This document shows, one piece after another, positions 55,125 to 64,000 of a DNA stretch of 64,000 nt. The position numbers and the translations under genes are program-made. Source of the stretch: Bryobacterales bacterium (GTDB taxonomy: Bacteria > Acidobacteriota > Terriglobia > Bryobacterales > Bryobacteraceae); the NCBI GenBank assembly GCA_003135055.1, contig PLDF01000473.1:1246-65245 (forward strand), read 5' to 3'. Each line of letters begins with the position of its first letter. The stretch's first letter is position 1. The notes beneath the pieces are model-generated. The model saw only the letters and a program-made list of their open reading frames with translations. It was not told where the DNA came from and did not search any database.

Positions 55125-55679
55125 TTGCATGTTCACTTGACGGCAGAGGATTTTTCCGCGGCCGACCTGATCGCGTTTTCAGCGGGGGTGCTGATTACCA
55201 TCCTCTTGCTCGCGCTTACGTTGCGCGCCGCGAAACTGCCGGGGACGTCCAAGGCGAACATCCTTTTCGCGGTGTGCGCACTGGCGTGGAGCTTGGGCGG
55301 ATTGCTGCAGACCGCGCTGGTGGCCGCCGGGATGGCGCGGGCCAACCAGTTGGTTCTGGCGGCGCGCGCCCTGCAACTCACGGGCGCGGCCGGGTTCCCC
55401 CTTCCCGTTCTTCTGGTCTGGCGCAGCTTCGCATCCGAAGCTTGGCAACGGAACGCAGCGTGGCAGCGGAACGCCATGCGGACGGTGATCCGGATCGGGG
55501 CCGTCTCCGTAGCAGGGGTAACGGCGCTGCTGTGGCTTCCGGCGGTGCTCGGCTTTTCACCGCAAGCTCTGCCACCAGCACGGCAGGCGACGGCGTGGAA
55601 TGCGGCAGCCTTGCTACTGGCGGGCGTGCTGATTTCGCTGCGCCGCCACGCCGCGCCGCGGCCAGCGGCGGTGAGTTGA
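55125..55679 (+). CDS. multi-pass membrane protein, possibly an orphaned N-terminal sensor module
   Basis: 184 aa with five hydrophobic helices. It ends abruptly at the junction with the TonB-receptor remnant. No output domain. Confidence 0.4.
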   Translation: MHVHLTAEDFSAADLIAFSAGVLITILLLALTLRAAKLPGTSKANILFAVCALAWSLGGLLQTALVAAGMARANQLVLAARALQLTGAAGFPLPVLLVWRSFASEAWQRNAAWQRNAMRTVIRIGAVSVAGVTALLWLPAVLGFSPQALPPARQATAWNAAALLLAGVLISLRRHAAPRPAAVS

Positions 55680-56340
55680 CCGCGACCTGCGGGCGGAATG
55701 GGGCCCTTCGTCGTATGGCGCGATCCGCCATCGCCTGGCTTCGGGCGGCTCCGTCGCGGGGCCGTGGGGGTTCAGCGTGAGTCCGTTTCTGATCGTCAAC
55801 AGCGGCGTGCCGTACAACATCACAACGGGCCTGGACCCTGGGGACACCGGATTCCCAGCGGCGCGGCCGGCGCTCCTGGCAGGCGTCGCGGCGGGGGCGT
55901 GCAAAGGCGCCAACCTTGTATATGCGGCGGCGTTTGGCTGCTTCGATCTGTTGCCGCCCGCGGGGATGGCCGTGATTGGGCGCAACTTTGCGAGCGGGCC
56001 GCCGGCGGTGAACATCGGGCTGCGCATCGCGCACACCTGGGCGTTCGGCGGCGAAGGGCCAAGCGGGATTTCCCGGGTGGCGGGGCATGGCGGGCCGATG
56101 CACAACGGTCCGCCGGCGGGGATGTTCGATCTGCCGGCGGGAAAGCGATACAACGTGACCATCTCGGCGTTTACGCTGAACGCGCTCAACCACGCCAGCT
56201 TCGCGCCTCCGGAGGGCGATCTCTCTTCACCTTATTTCGGACAGCCGCTCGGCCTTGGCGGATTGATTGTGATGGCGCACGGCGGCGCGGCCGGCACTTA
56301 CAACCGCAAGATCGACTCACAGGTTCGTTTTACATTCTGA
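55675..56340 (+). pseudogene. C-terminal fragment of a TonB-dependent-receptor-like outer membrane protein
   Basis: The frame opens at 55675: DLRAEWGPSSYGAIRHRLASGG...FLIVNSGVPYNITTGLD...FTLNALNHASFAPP...LSSPYFGQ...QVRFTF. It has a terminal aromatic residue typical of OMP beta-barrels. Only ~220 aa of the barrel end are present, with no plug or N-terminal domains. Confidence 0.6.
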
Positions 56341-56659
56341 CGGGGATGCGAACGCAAGGAATTCGCCATTGATATCCCCGCGGGATACGGGAGTCGAGGG
56401 AGGGAGGCACAGACCAGGAGGGCCGCAGGCTGTGACGTACGATTTCATTGTGGATGACATTTGGCGTGTTCATGGGTAACAGGCCGCCAGATACGCTTTC
56501 GACGTGAAGACAATTCTAGCCGCGGCGAGGAAAAGCAACGCCCGTCGGGGGGAAGGTTGTGTCGCTGGTGCGGAAGAAGAAGTTGAGCGCCTGACTTGAG
56601 GGCTAACCTGGCCGCCTTCCCAGCCGTTTTCCATCTCCCCTGCTAAAATAGTTTTCAAA

Positions 56660-57607
56660 ATGATTCAAACCCTGTTCGGCTCCGTGGAGCAAGAGCCGTC
56701 CCTTCTCGAGAAGCTCAAGAGCGGTGTGCAAAAGACCCGCGCCGGTTTGGTTTCGGCACTCGAAGACGCCATCCAGGGCAAGAAGGAAATCGACGCCGAC
56801 CTGCTCGATGAGCTCGAATTCACGCTTATCTCCGCCGATATCGGCGTCCGCACCACCGCCGAGATTCTCGACCGCATACGCGAGCGCGTGGGCCGCCACC
56901 AGCTCGGCGACGCCGCCGAAATAAAAGGTCTCATTCGCGAGCATCTGCTCGAAATTCTCGAGGCCAGCGAGCGCGCTCCGGCGCGAGTTACCGTACCGCC
57001 CGCGGTGGTGCTCGTCATCGGCGTCAACGGCGCCGGAAAAACCACCACTATCGGCAAGCTGGCCAGCCGGTTCAAGAGCGAAGGGCGCTCCGTGCTGCTC
57101 TGCGCCGCCGACACGTTCCGCGCGGCCGCCATCGAGCAGCTCGAAATCTGGGGCGAGCGCACCGGCACGCAGGTCATTCGCCAGATGGCGGGCAGCGACC
57201 CCAGCGCCGTGCTCTTCGACGCCGTCAGCGCCGCGCGCGCACGCCAGGTGGATTACGTGATTGTCGACACCGCCGGCCGCCTGCAAACCAAGGACAACCT
57301 CATGGCCGAGCTGCAGAAAATGAGCCGCACCGCCAAGAAGGTGATTCCCGAAGCGCCGCACGAAGTGCTGCTCATCATCGACGCCACCACCGGCCAGAAC
57401 GGCATGGAACAGGCGCGCAAATTTACCGAAAATTCCGGCGTCACCGGCATCGTGCTGACCAAGCTCGATGGCACTGCCAAGGGCGGTATCGTAGTGGCCA
57501 TTGCGCGCGAGTTGAACCTGCCCATCCGTTACATCGGCGTGGGCGAAAAAGTCGACGATCTGCTGCCCTTCGATTCCGAAAAATTCATCGAGTCGCTGTT
57601 CGAATAA
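56660..57607 (+). CDS. ftsY: signal recognition particle receptor FtsY
   Basis: 315 aa with NG domain motifs [31 protein letters not shown] and [13 protein letters not shown]. Confidence 0.95.
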   Translation: MIQTLFGSVEQEPSLLEKLKSGVQKTRAGLVSALEDAIQGKKEIDADLLDELEFTLISADIGVRTTAEILDRIRERVGRHQLGDAAEIKGLIREHLLEILEASERAPARVTVPPAVVLVIGVNGAGKTTTIGKLASRFKSEGRSVLLCAADTFRAAAIEQLEIWGERTGTQVIRQMAGSDPSAVLFDAVSAARARQVDYVIVDTAGRLQTKDNLMAELQKMSRTAKKVIPEAPHEVLLIIDATTGQNGMEQARKFTENSGVTGIVLTKLDGTAKGGIVVAIARELNLPIRYIGVGEKVDDLLPFDSEKFIESLFE

Positions 57608-58710
57608 TGCACCATGCCTTCATGCGCGAAGCGTTGGATCTGGCCCGAAAAGGCCGCGCCCTGGCCACTCCGAACCCCATGGTGGGCGCCGTGCTCGCGC
57701 AGGGAAGCGAGGTGGTGGGCCGCGGGTTTCACACGTACGCGGGCTTGCAGCACGCCGAAATTGTCGCGCTTGCCGAAGCCGGCGACAAGGCGCGAGGCGC
57801 CACGCTCTACGTGAATCTGGAACCCTGCGCGCACCATGGCCGCACGCCGCCATGCGTGGACGCCATCGTCGCGGCGGGCGTGGCGCGCGTGGTGGCGGCA
57901 GTGGAAGACCCCAACCCGCAGGTTTCCGGCGCTGGTTTCCGCCGTCTGCGCGACGCAGGCATTGAAGTGGAGCTAGCGCCCGAATTCGCCGCCGAAGCCG
58001 CCAAGCTCAACGAGCCGTTTCTGCACTTCATGCGCACCCGCCGTCCTTTGGTGACGCTCAAGACCGCCATCACCCTCGATGGCAAAATCTCCGCGCCCGA
58101 CGATAACGCCGGCTGGATCACCAGCGAGCGCGCCCGCGCCCACGTCCAGGAATTGCGCCACGATCACGATGCGATCCTCACTGGCATCGGCACCGCCCTG
58201 GCCGACAACCCGCTGCTCACCGACCGCACCGGCTTGCCGCGCGACCGCCCGCTGCTGCGCATTGTGATGGATTCGCAGCTTCGCCTGCCGCCCGATTCGA
58301 AGCTGGTCCGCAGCGCGGAAGGCGATGTGGTCGCAGTGGCGACTTCGGCCGCGTCCGCCGAGCGGCGCAAGGCGCTCGAAGCGCGCGGCATCCAGGTGTT
58401 GAGCTTCGACGGTCCCGGCGGCCGCGCCGATTTGCGCAGCGTTATCGATTGGCTGGGCGAGCGCCGTTATCTCTCGCTGATGATCGAAGCCGGCAGCAAG
58501 TTGAACTGGACGGCGCTCGAATCCGGTTGCGTCGACCGCATCTTCTTCTATTACGGCCCTAAAATTCTGGGCGGCATGGAAGCGCTGCCGCTGGCCGGCG
58601 GCATCGGCCGGCGCAAGCGGTCCGACGCCATACGCATTCACAATGTCGCCGTGCATTCCATACCGCCGGACGAATTCGCCGTGGAAGGCTATGTTCACAG
58701 GGATCATTGA
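57607..58710 (+). CDS. ribD: bifunctional riboflavin biosynthesis protein RibD (deaminase/reductase)
   Basis: 367 aa. HAEIVAL and LEPCAHHGRTPPC form the CMP/dCMP deaminase zinc site. The C-terminal RibD_C reductase domain is present. Its ATG overlaps the ftsY stop (TAATG). Confidence 0.95.
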   Translation: MHHAFMREALDLARKGRALATPNPMVGAVLAQGSEVVGRGFHTYAGLQHAEIVALAEAGDKARGATLYVNLEPCAHHGRTPPCVDAIVAAGVARVVAAVEDPNPQVSGAGFRRLRDAGIEVELAPEFAAEAAKLNEPFLHFMRTRRPLVTLKTAITLDGKISAPDDNAGWITSERARAHVQELRHDHDAILTGIGTALADNPLLTDRTGLPRDRPLLRIVMDSQLRLPPDSKLVRSAEGDVVAVATSAASAERRKALEARGIQVLSFDGPGGRADLRSVIDWLGERRYLSLMIEAGSKLNWTALESGCVDRIFFYYGPKILGGMEALPLAGGIGRRKRSDAIRIHNVAVHSIPPDEFAVEGYVHRDH

Positions 58711-59302
58711 AGATCTTGGCAAAGTGGTAGAGCTTGGCAAGGCGGAAGAGTTCGGCGTGCCGGAATCGGCCGGCGCGCGCCTGCGTGTCCGCTGCGCCAC
58801 GGTGATGAGCGATCTCACTGAAGGCGCCAGCATCGCGGTGAACGGCGTGTGCCTGACGGCCGTGGATCTTCGGGCGGATTCGTTCGGCGCGGACCTTGCG
58901 CCGGAGACCCTGCGCCGCAGCAACCTGGGCGATCTGCATGTGGGCGCGAGCGTGAACCTGGAACGCCCGCTGACGGCTGGGGGCAGGCTGAACGGCCACA
59001 TTGTGCAAGGCCACGTGGATGGCACGGGCGAATTCCTGTCGCTGGAGGAACTGGGAGACGATAACTGGTGGCTGCGCATCCGCGTGCCGGCGGAACTGGA
59101 TCGCTATGTAGTATTCAAGGGGTCGATCGCTATCGATGGAATTAGTTTGACTGTTGCGGCTATTGAACACTGCGTGGTGTCAGTTACTATCATTCCGCAT
59201 ACTTACCGGAATACGACGCTTGGCGGGTATCAGCCCGGCGCGCGCGTGAATCTGGAGTGCGATGTTCTGGCGAAGCACGTGGAAAAGCTGATGCAGCGTT
59301 GA
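58691..59302 (+). CDS. ribE: riboflavin synthase
   Basis: 203 aa from ATG 58691. MFTGIIEDLGKV plus the internal repeat GHIVQGHVDGTG and SIAIDGISLTV. Confidence 0.92.
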   Translation: MFTGIIEDLGKVVELGKAEEFGVPESAGARLRVRCATVMSDLTEGASIAVNGVCLTAVDLRADSFGADLAPETLRRSNLGDLHVGASVNLERPLTAGGRLNGHIVQGHVDGTGEFLSLEELGDDNWWLRIRVPAELDRYVVFKGSIAIDGISLTVAAIEHCVVSVTIIPHTYRNTTLGGYQPGARVNLECDVLAKHVEKLMQR

Positions 59303-59334
59303 GCCCGATGGATCGACTGAAACATAGGCGAGCC

Positions 59335-60629
59335 GGATGAATTATCTGGACAATTCGTCGATTTTCGTTTACCGTAGTGTGGATGGCCAGATCCGATCGT
59401 CGTTCTCCTGAGGAGAGCCGGTGGCTCAAAGTGCTGAGTACACTTAACGAGTTTCAGGCGCGGTTGTTTGTCGCCGATAAGGCTCTGGATCAGGGGCGCG
59501 GCGGGATCAGTCGCCTGTCGGAGTTAACAGGCATGTCGCGAACGACAATTACCAAGGCGGTGGCCGAGTTGAGTAGTAGGAAGAAGTTGCTGCCATCGGA
59601 AGGCAGGATTCGGGAGTTGGGGGCCGGCCGGAAGCGAGTGGAGGAAGAGGATGGACAACTGCGGGCGGAATTGACGCGGATATTGAACCAGACTACGGCG
59701 GGAGATCCCATGAGCGCCTTACGATGGACCAACAAATCCACGCAAGCGATGGCGGATGAATTGACGCGGCGGGGGCACCCGGTGAGCGACAAGACCGTGG
59801 CCCGGTGCTTACGCGCGATGGGTTATTCGCTGCAGTTGAACCGCAAGACCAAGGAGGGCGTGCAGCACCCCAACCGGGATGCGCAGTTTCGATATATCAA
59901 CCGCCAGGAAGCGCTGTATCGGGCCAGCGGCGATCCCGTAATCTCGGTGGATACCAAGAAGAAGGAGTTGGTGGGAGCCTTTGCCAACAAGGGCCGCACT
60001 TGGCGGCCCAAAGGGCGGCCGTATAAGGTGAAGGTGCATGATTTCTCCTCCGAGGCGGAAGGCAAAGCGATTCCCTACGGCGCCTATGACGTGATTCAGG
60101 ATCGGGCAGTGGTGAACGTTGGGACCTCGCATGACACGTCGGAATTCGCGGTGGAGAGTATTCGCCGCTGGTGGAAAATGGACGGTCGGCGGCGGTACCG
60201 TTCCGCCAGACGCCTGCTCATTTGCGCAGACTCGGGCGGAAGCAACAGTAGCCGCACGCGAGCTTGGAAGGTAAACCTGCAGGAACTGGCCGATGAGAGC
60301 GGTCTCGCGATCACGGTATGTCATTACCCGCCCGGAACGAGCAAGTGGAATCGAGTAGAGCATCGGTTGTTCTCGTTTATCAGCCTCACCTGGAAAGGAC
60401 AACCGCTTTGGGACCATGAAGCGGTCATCAATCTCATCGGAGCCACCCGTACCAAGAGCGGGCTGAGAGTCAAGGCTGTGCTGGACAAAAACGAATATGA
60501 GACTGGCGTTGAGATCTCAGACGAGCAGATGGAGGAACTCTGCATCCGTCGCCACAAAACTCATCCGGCCTGGAACTACACCCTCTCACCACGCCGCGCC
60601 TAGCTCATCATTGTTCATTTAATTGTTCC
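59335..60629 (+). mobile_element. ISAzo13-family insertion sequence (boundaries approximate)
   Basis: A single transposase ORF flanked by imperfect inverted repeats, GGATGAATTATCTGGACAATT (59335..59355) versus the reverse complement of 60609..60629, GGAACAATTAAATGAACAATG (15/21 matches). The ends are AT-richer. No clear target duplication seen. Confidence 0.6.
59377..60603 (+). CDS. ISAzo13-family (Rhodopirellula-type DDE) transposase
   Basis: 408 aa. ISVDTKKKELVG, IPYGAYDV, LLICADSGGSNS and CHYPPGTSKWNRVEHRLFS are characteristic of the DDE_Tnp_ISAZ013 family. Confidence 0.9.
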   Translation: MWMARSDRRSPEESRWLKVLSTLNEFQARLFVADKALDQGRGGISRLSELTGMSRTTITKAVAELSSRKKLLPSEGRIRELGAGRKRVEEEDGQLRAELTRILNQTTAGDPMSALRWTNKSTQAMADELTRRGHPVSDKTVARCLRAMGYSLQLNRKTKEGVQHPNRDAQFRYINRQEALYRASGDPVISVDTKKKELVGAFANKGRTWRPKGRPYKVKVHDFSSEAEGKAIPYGAYDVIQDRAVVNVGTSHDTSEFAVESIRRWWKMDGRRRYRSARRLLICADSGGSNSSRTRAWKVNLQELADESGLAITVCHYPPGTSKWNRVEHRLFSFISLTWKGQPLWDHEAVINLIGATRTKSGLRVKAVLDKNEYETGVEISDEQMEELCIRRHKTHPAWNYTLSPRRA

Positions 60630-60643
60630 GCGTCCCCATAGGG

Positions 60644-61213
60644 TTACTCCGCAAGCAACAACTGGAACCATGGGTAATTACGAACATCCGCAAGGTTAGG
60701 GTCGGCGGCCATCCCTTCCCTGGTTATAAGCCGCCCCGGCTCCCCACTTTTTTCCAGCCATTGGCGACACTCGTCAAATTCTCCCGATCGAGCGCAGACG
60801 CATGCCAGGTTATACGTGCTTCTCAGCGGGTCACGGGATGACGCCTCCGCGTATTTTTGTTTGGCATCTCGCAGTAAGCGGCCGGCATCCATCCCGGAAG
60901 TGCGGTCTGCCTGCGCGAAGATTATCGTTCCCCAGCCAGTGAGAATGCTGCCCTGCGCCGTAGCGCTGCATACTGCCTTGAACCTCTCGAACGCCATAAC
61001 CGGAGCCCGGTCGATATCCTCCCCCGGCACGGCGCGTGCTTGCTCATGAAGCACGAGCGCCCATATGTTCAATGCATCAGAGTGGTGCGGCTCCGGAAAT
61101 AAAGCCTTCTCGACCAGTTGGCGGGCGCGCGCAAGCGGGAGATCGGCCGCTTCGGAGGGCTTTAGCCGACCGCGCCGCACAAGCACCAATGCTAAGATTG
61201 CGAGGATATCCAC
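60644..61213 (-). CDS. TPR-like hypothetical protein (possibly N-terminally truncated)
   Basis: 189 aa with a GTG start. The C-terminus STYNLACVCARSGEFDECRQWLEKSGE...DPNLADVRNYPWFQLLL is typical of a TPR terminal repeat. It lies next to repeat copy B. Confidence 0.55.
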   Translation of the reverse strand: MDILAILALVLVRRGRLKPSEAADLPLARARQLVEKALFPEPHHSDALNIWALVLHEQARAVPGEDIDRAPVMAFERFKAVCSATAQGSILTGWGTIIFAQADRTSGMDAGRLLRDAKQKYAEASSRDPLRSTYNLACVCARSGEFDECRQWLEKSGEPGRLITREGMAADPNLADVRNYPWFQLLLAE

Positions 61214-61276
61214 ATCTTCACTCGCAAGGCTTAGTTAGTTGACTGTTTTCGCGAAATGCGGGGTGAACCGCGTTCG

Positions 61277-61450
61277 TGGGGCACGGTCGAAAACCTCGCC
61301 CTAGGCTATTCCCAACTGCGCGAGCTGCCCGCAGTCGGCTGCATCCATATACCAGAGGGAGACGTGTGCCCGGGCGAGGTTTTCATCGCCTTTGGTGGCC
61401 CGCAGGGCCATGCCGACAGGTTGTTAACCGGATGCCATCCTGCGCGGCGG
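61277..61450 (+). repeat. ~170-bp structured repeat, copy B
   Basis: See copy A at 41344..41510. The terminal blocks are identical. The central ~65 nt are roughly 70-75% identical by eye, with a 3-nt length difference. Confidence 0.85.
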
Positions 61451-61784
61451 AGGGCGGTTCAAGCGTAGCCGGGCTAGAGCGGCAACTAGTGCCGATTAGA
61501 AAGCCATTTAGAAGGCCGCGAAAGAGACTCCGGTTATCGAATGCGGCCGCGCGCAAGTTCATCGTGCATTGCTTGACGCGGCGCGCGGGGAGCCCTCTGG
61601 GCCCGTGCGAGCAGCGTTCACAACCGTGTGAGCGCGTTTTTTCGCTTCGCGAACCCGGCGTCCTCCCGATTGTGAACGCTGGTGGCGCCAGGGCGCGCGC
61701 CACAACGTCATGTAGTATCGCAAAGGCGCTTGTAACCTTGACAAGACTGGCGAGTGTAAATTCCGCGCTATCATAGAAGTATCC

Positions 61785-63407
61785 TTGCTATCCATTAACA
61801 ATATCTCCATGCGCTTCGGCGCCAAAGTTCTGTTTGAAGACGTCGATTGCACATTTCTTCCGGGGCGGCGGTATGCTATTACCGGTCCGAACGGCGCCGG
61901 TAAATCGACGTTGCTGAAGATTCTCACCGGCGAGATTGAACCCGGGAAAGGTTCCGTGACGCGTCCGAAGAAATTCGGCGTGCTCCAGCAGGACCAATTC
62001 GCCTTCGACCAGTTTCGCGTTATCGACACCGTGATCATGGGCAATGCGCCGCTGTGGAAGGCGCTCGCGGAGCGCGACGTGCTCTATGCCAAGCCGCACG
62101 ACGACCTCACCGACGAAGACGGCATGCGTCTGGGCGAGCTGGAAGGCGTTGTCGGCGACGAAGGCGGTTATACCGCGGAGACCGACGCTGCCGTGCTGAT
62201 GGACGGCCTGGGCGTGGACGCTTCGCTGCACGAGCGGCGGATGGGCGAATTGCAGGGCGGGCAAAAGATGCGCGTGCTGCTGGCGCAGGCGCTTTTCGGC
62301 AGTCCGCCGGCGCTGCTGCTGGACGAGCCCACCAACCACCTGGATTTGAATTCCGTGCATTGGCTGCAAGACTATCTGCGCGAATATGAAGGCGTGCTGA
62401 TTGTCATTTCGCACGACCGTCATTTTCTCAACAGCGTGTGCACCCACGTGGCGGACATCGATTACGAAACGGTGATTATGTACACCGGCGGCTACGACGA
62501 TATGGTGCTCGCCAAGACGCAGATCCGCTCGCGGATCGAGGCGGGCAATGCGCAGCGCGAGAAAAAAATCGCGCAGCTCAACGAGTTCATCGCGCGGTTT
62601 TCCGCGGGCACGCGGTCGAGCCAGGTGATGTCGCGCAAGAAGGAAGTGGAGCGGCTGCAGACGTCGGAGCTGGCGAAGTCGAATATTCAGCGGCCGTACA
62701 TTCGCTTTGAGATGAAAAAGCAATCGGGACGCCATCCGCTGGAGTGCAAGGGGCTGGCGAAGGCGTACGATGGGCTCAAGATAATCGACGGGTTCACGGC
62801 GGCTGTATCGCGCGGCGAAAAGATCGCGGTGATGGGACGCAACGGAGCCGGTAAGACCACCCTGTTGAAGTCGCTGATGCGCAACGCCACGGGTTTCATC
62901 GACGATGCGGAGCGCCTGTTCGAAGCGGACGGCGTGGTTAAGTGGGGACACGAAGTAGTTGTCGGTTACTTCGCGCAGGACCATACCGATTCCATCGCCA
63001 AGAACACCACGGCGATCGAGTGGCTGCATGACTTCGATCCGCAAGCTTCGCAGGAGGAATTGCGCGGGCTGCTGGGACAGATGCTGTTCAGCGGCGAAGA
63101 CGCCCTGAAGCCGACCAAGGCGCTTTCGGGCGGCGAAGCGGCGCGGCTGATCTTCTGCCGGCTGATGCTGCAGAAGCCGAATTTCCTGGCGCTGGACGAG
63201 CCCACCAATCACCTGGACCTGGAATCGATTAATGCGCTCAATTTCGCCCTGCAGAAGTACGAGGGCACGGTATTGCTGGTGACGCACGACCACGACCTGA
63301 TTGAGGAAGTGGCGACGCGGATCTGGCATATTGAAGGCGGCCGGATTGAGGACTTCAAGGGTCCCTACGAAGAATACGTGGCTTACGCGCAGGAAAAAGC
63401 GTCGTAG
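61785..63407 (+). CDS. ybiT: ABC-F family ATPase, YbiT-like
   Basis: 540 aa with a TTG start. Collinear with E. coli YbiT (RQDQFAFxxFxVxDTVIMG, LLAQALFxxPxxLLLDEPTNxLD, ISHDRHFLNxVCTHxADxDY). Two ABC cassettes and no TM domain. Confidence 0.9.
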   Translation: MLSINNISMRFGAKVLFEDVDCTFLPGRRYAITGPNGAGKSTLLKILTGEIEPGKGSVTRPKKFGVLQQDQFAFDQFRVIDTVIMGNAPLWKALAERDVLYAKPHDDLTDEDGMRLGELEGVVGDEGGYTAETDAAVLMDGLGVDASLHERRMGELQGGQKMRVLLAQALFGSPPALLLDEPTNHLDLNSVHWLQDYLREYEGVLIVISHDRHFLNSVCTHVADIDYETVIMYTGGYDDMVLAKTQIRSRIEAGNAQREKKIAQLNEFIARFSAGTRSSQVMSRKKEVERLQTSELAKSNIQRPYIRFEMKKQSGRHPLECKGLAKAYDGLKIIDGFTAAVSRGEKIAVMGRNGAGKTTLLKSLMRNATGFIDDAERLFEADGVVKWGHEVVVGYFAQDHTDSIAKNTTAIEWLHDFDPQASQEELRGLLGQMLFSGEDALKPTKALSGGEAARLIFCRLMLQKPNFLALDEPTNHLDLESINALNFALQKYEGTVLLVTHDHDLIEEVATRIWHIEGGRIEDFKGPYEEYVAYAQEKAS

Positions 63408-63523
63408 CGTAACCAATGGCGCGGGGCCATGCCCCGCGTGCCGCGGCGGTTGTCACAAAACAAGGCCGGCCGTCGTCATGACTGCTGGAACAAACTTTCA
63501 CGGAAGCCAAGGAGATTTCGAGA

Positions 63524-64000
63524 ATGCGACGAGTTAGCATCCGCGCCGCTATGGTATTTTTCACATCCTGCGCAGCCTTCGCGCAGACTACCGCCGGCAC
63601 GCCGTCTTTCGAGGTGGCAACCATCAAGCCGGCCGCGCCGCCGGCCACAAGCATGGGCCCTGGCGGCGGGATGAGAATCGCGATGCGCATGGGCGCTCGG
63701 GGCGGTCCAGGCACGGCCGACCCCGGACAGATCACGTACTCGGGTATGCCGATGAAGGACCTCTTGGTGAATGCCTATGGAGTGAAGACCTATCAGGTTT
63801 CCGGACCAAGCTGGATGGATACCGAGCGGTTCGACATCGTGGCGAAAGTGCCGCCAGGCGCCAGCAAGGACGATGTCAAGCTCATGCTGCAAAACCTGCT
63901 GGCGGAGCGCTTCAAACTCACCCTGCATCGCGAAAAGAAAGACCTGCCGATGTACGCGCTGGTGGTCGCAAAGAACGGGCCGAAGATGAAGGAGTCGCCG
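63524..64000 (+). CDS. TIGR03435-family secreted protein (3' end beyond window)
   Basis: ATG 63524 follows AAGGAG. A signal peptide is followed by PSFEVATIKPA...LLVNAYGVKTYQVSGPSWMDTERFDIVAKV...LAERFKLTLHREKKDLPMYALVVAKNGPKMKES. Open to the window end. Not in the ORF track because no stop is reached. Confidence 0.8.
   Translation, partial: MRRVSIRAAMVFFTSCAAFAQTTAGTPSFEVATIKPAAPPATSMGPGGGMRIAMRMGARGGPGTADPGQITYSGMPMKDLLVNAYGVKTYQVSGPSWMDTERFDIVAKVPPGASKDDVKLMLQNLLAERFKLTLHREKKDLPMYALVVAKNGPKMKESP

Noticed and set aside
54821-55780. 319-aa plus-strand ORF, and overlapping minus-strand ORFs at 55378..56193
   Set aside because: They are Arg/Gly/Ala-rich and span the junction of two better-supported reading frames. 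No motifs.
61788-63416. 542-aa ORF on the minus strand
   Set aside because: It mirrors the YbiT-like ABC-F gene exactly. The composition is low-complexity Arg/Val/His-rich, and the plus-strand protein is collinear with E. coli YbiT.

Overview
High-GC bacterial chromosomal segment. The gene content suggests Acidobacteriota, by inference only: TIGR03435-type secreted proteins, several MacB/FtsX-type permease paralogs without adjacent ATPases, a GAF/sigma-54 activator, and a TonB-receptor remnant. Housekeeping genes (two ABC-F ATPases, an EF-G paralog, ftsY-ribD-ribE, tRNA-Val, a SurA-like PPIase, an MltD-like transglycosylase) and carbohydrate/transport loci (a GH28-CE8 pectinase with a LacI regulator; TIM-barrel isomerase plus MFS; an APC permease) alternate with accessory material. 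That material includes a TIR protein beside two HEPN-motif proteins at the left edge. It also includes at least five toxin-antitoxin-like modules (DUF4160/DUF2442, DUF1778/GNAT, PrlF/YhaV, MNT-like/HTH, DUF433/DUF5615), an ISAzo13-type IS, and many decayed genes with frameshifts, an in-frame stop or truncation. Non-coding structure is rich. There are several classes of REP-like hairpins headed by GTAG/GTGG. An 88-bp double-hairpin element occurs in inverted copies around a HipA-like kinase cassette. A roughly 170-bp element occurs twice, 20 kb apart. Two small gene cassettes are flanked by direct duplications of the neighbouring gene's 3' end. A consensus sigma-54 promoter sits between the activator gene and a small secreted-protein gene. 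No rRNA genes or CRISPR arrays were seen. All domain calls are by eye from the translations, with no searches run. Start codons were chosen by eye and may be off.
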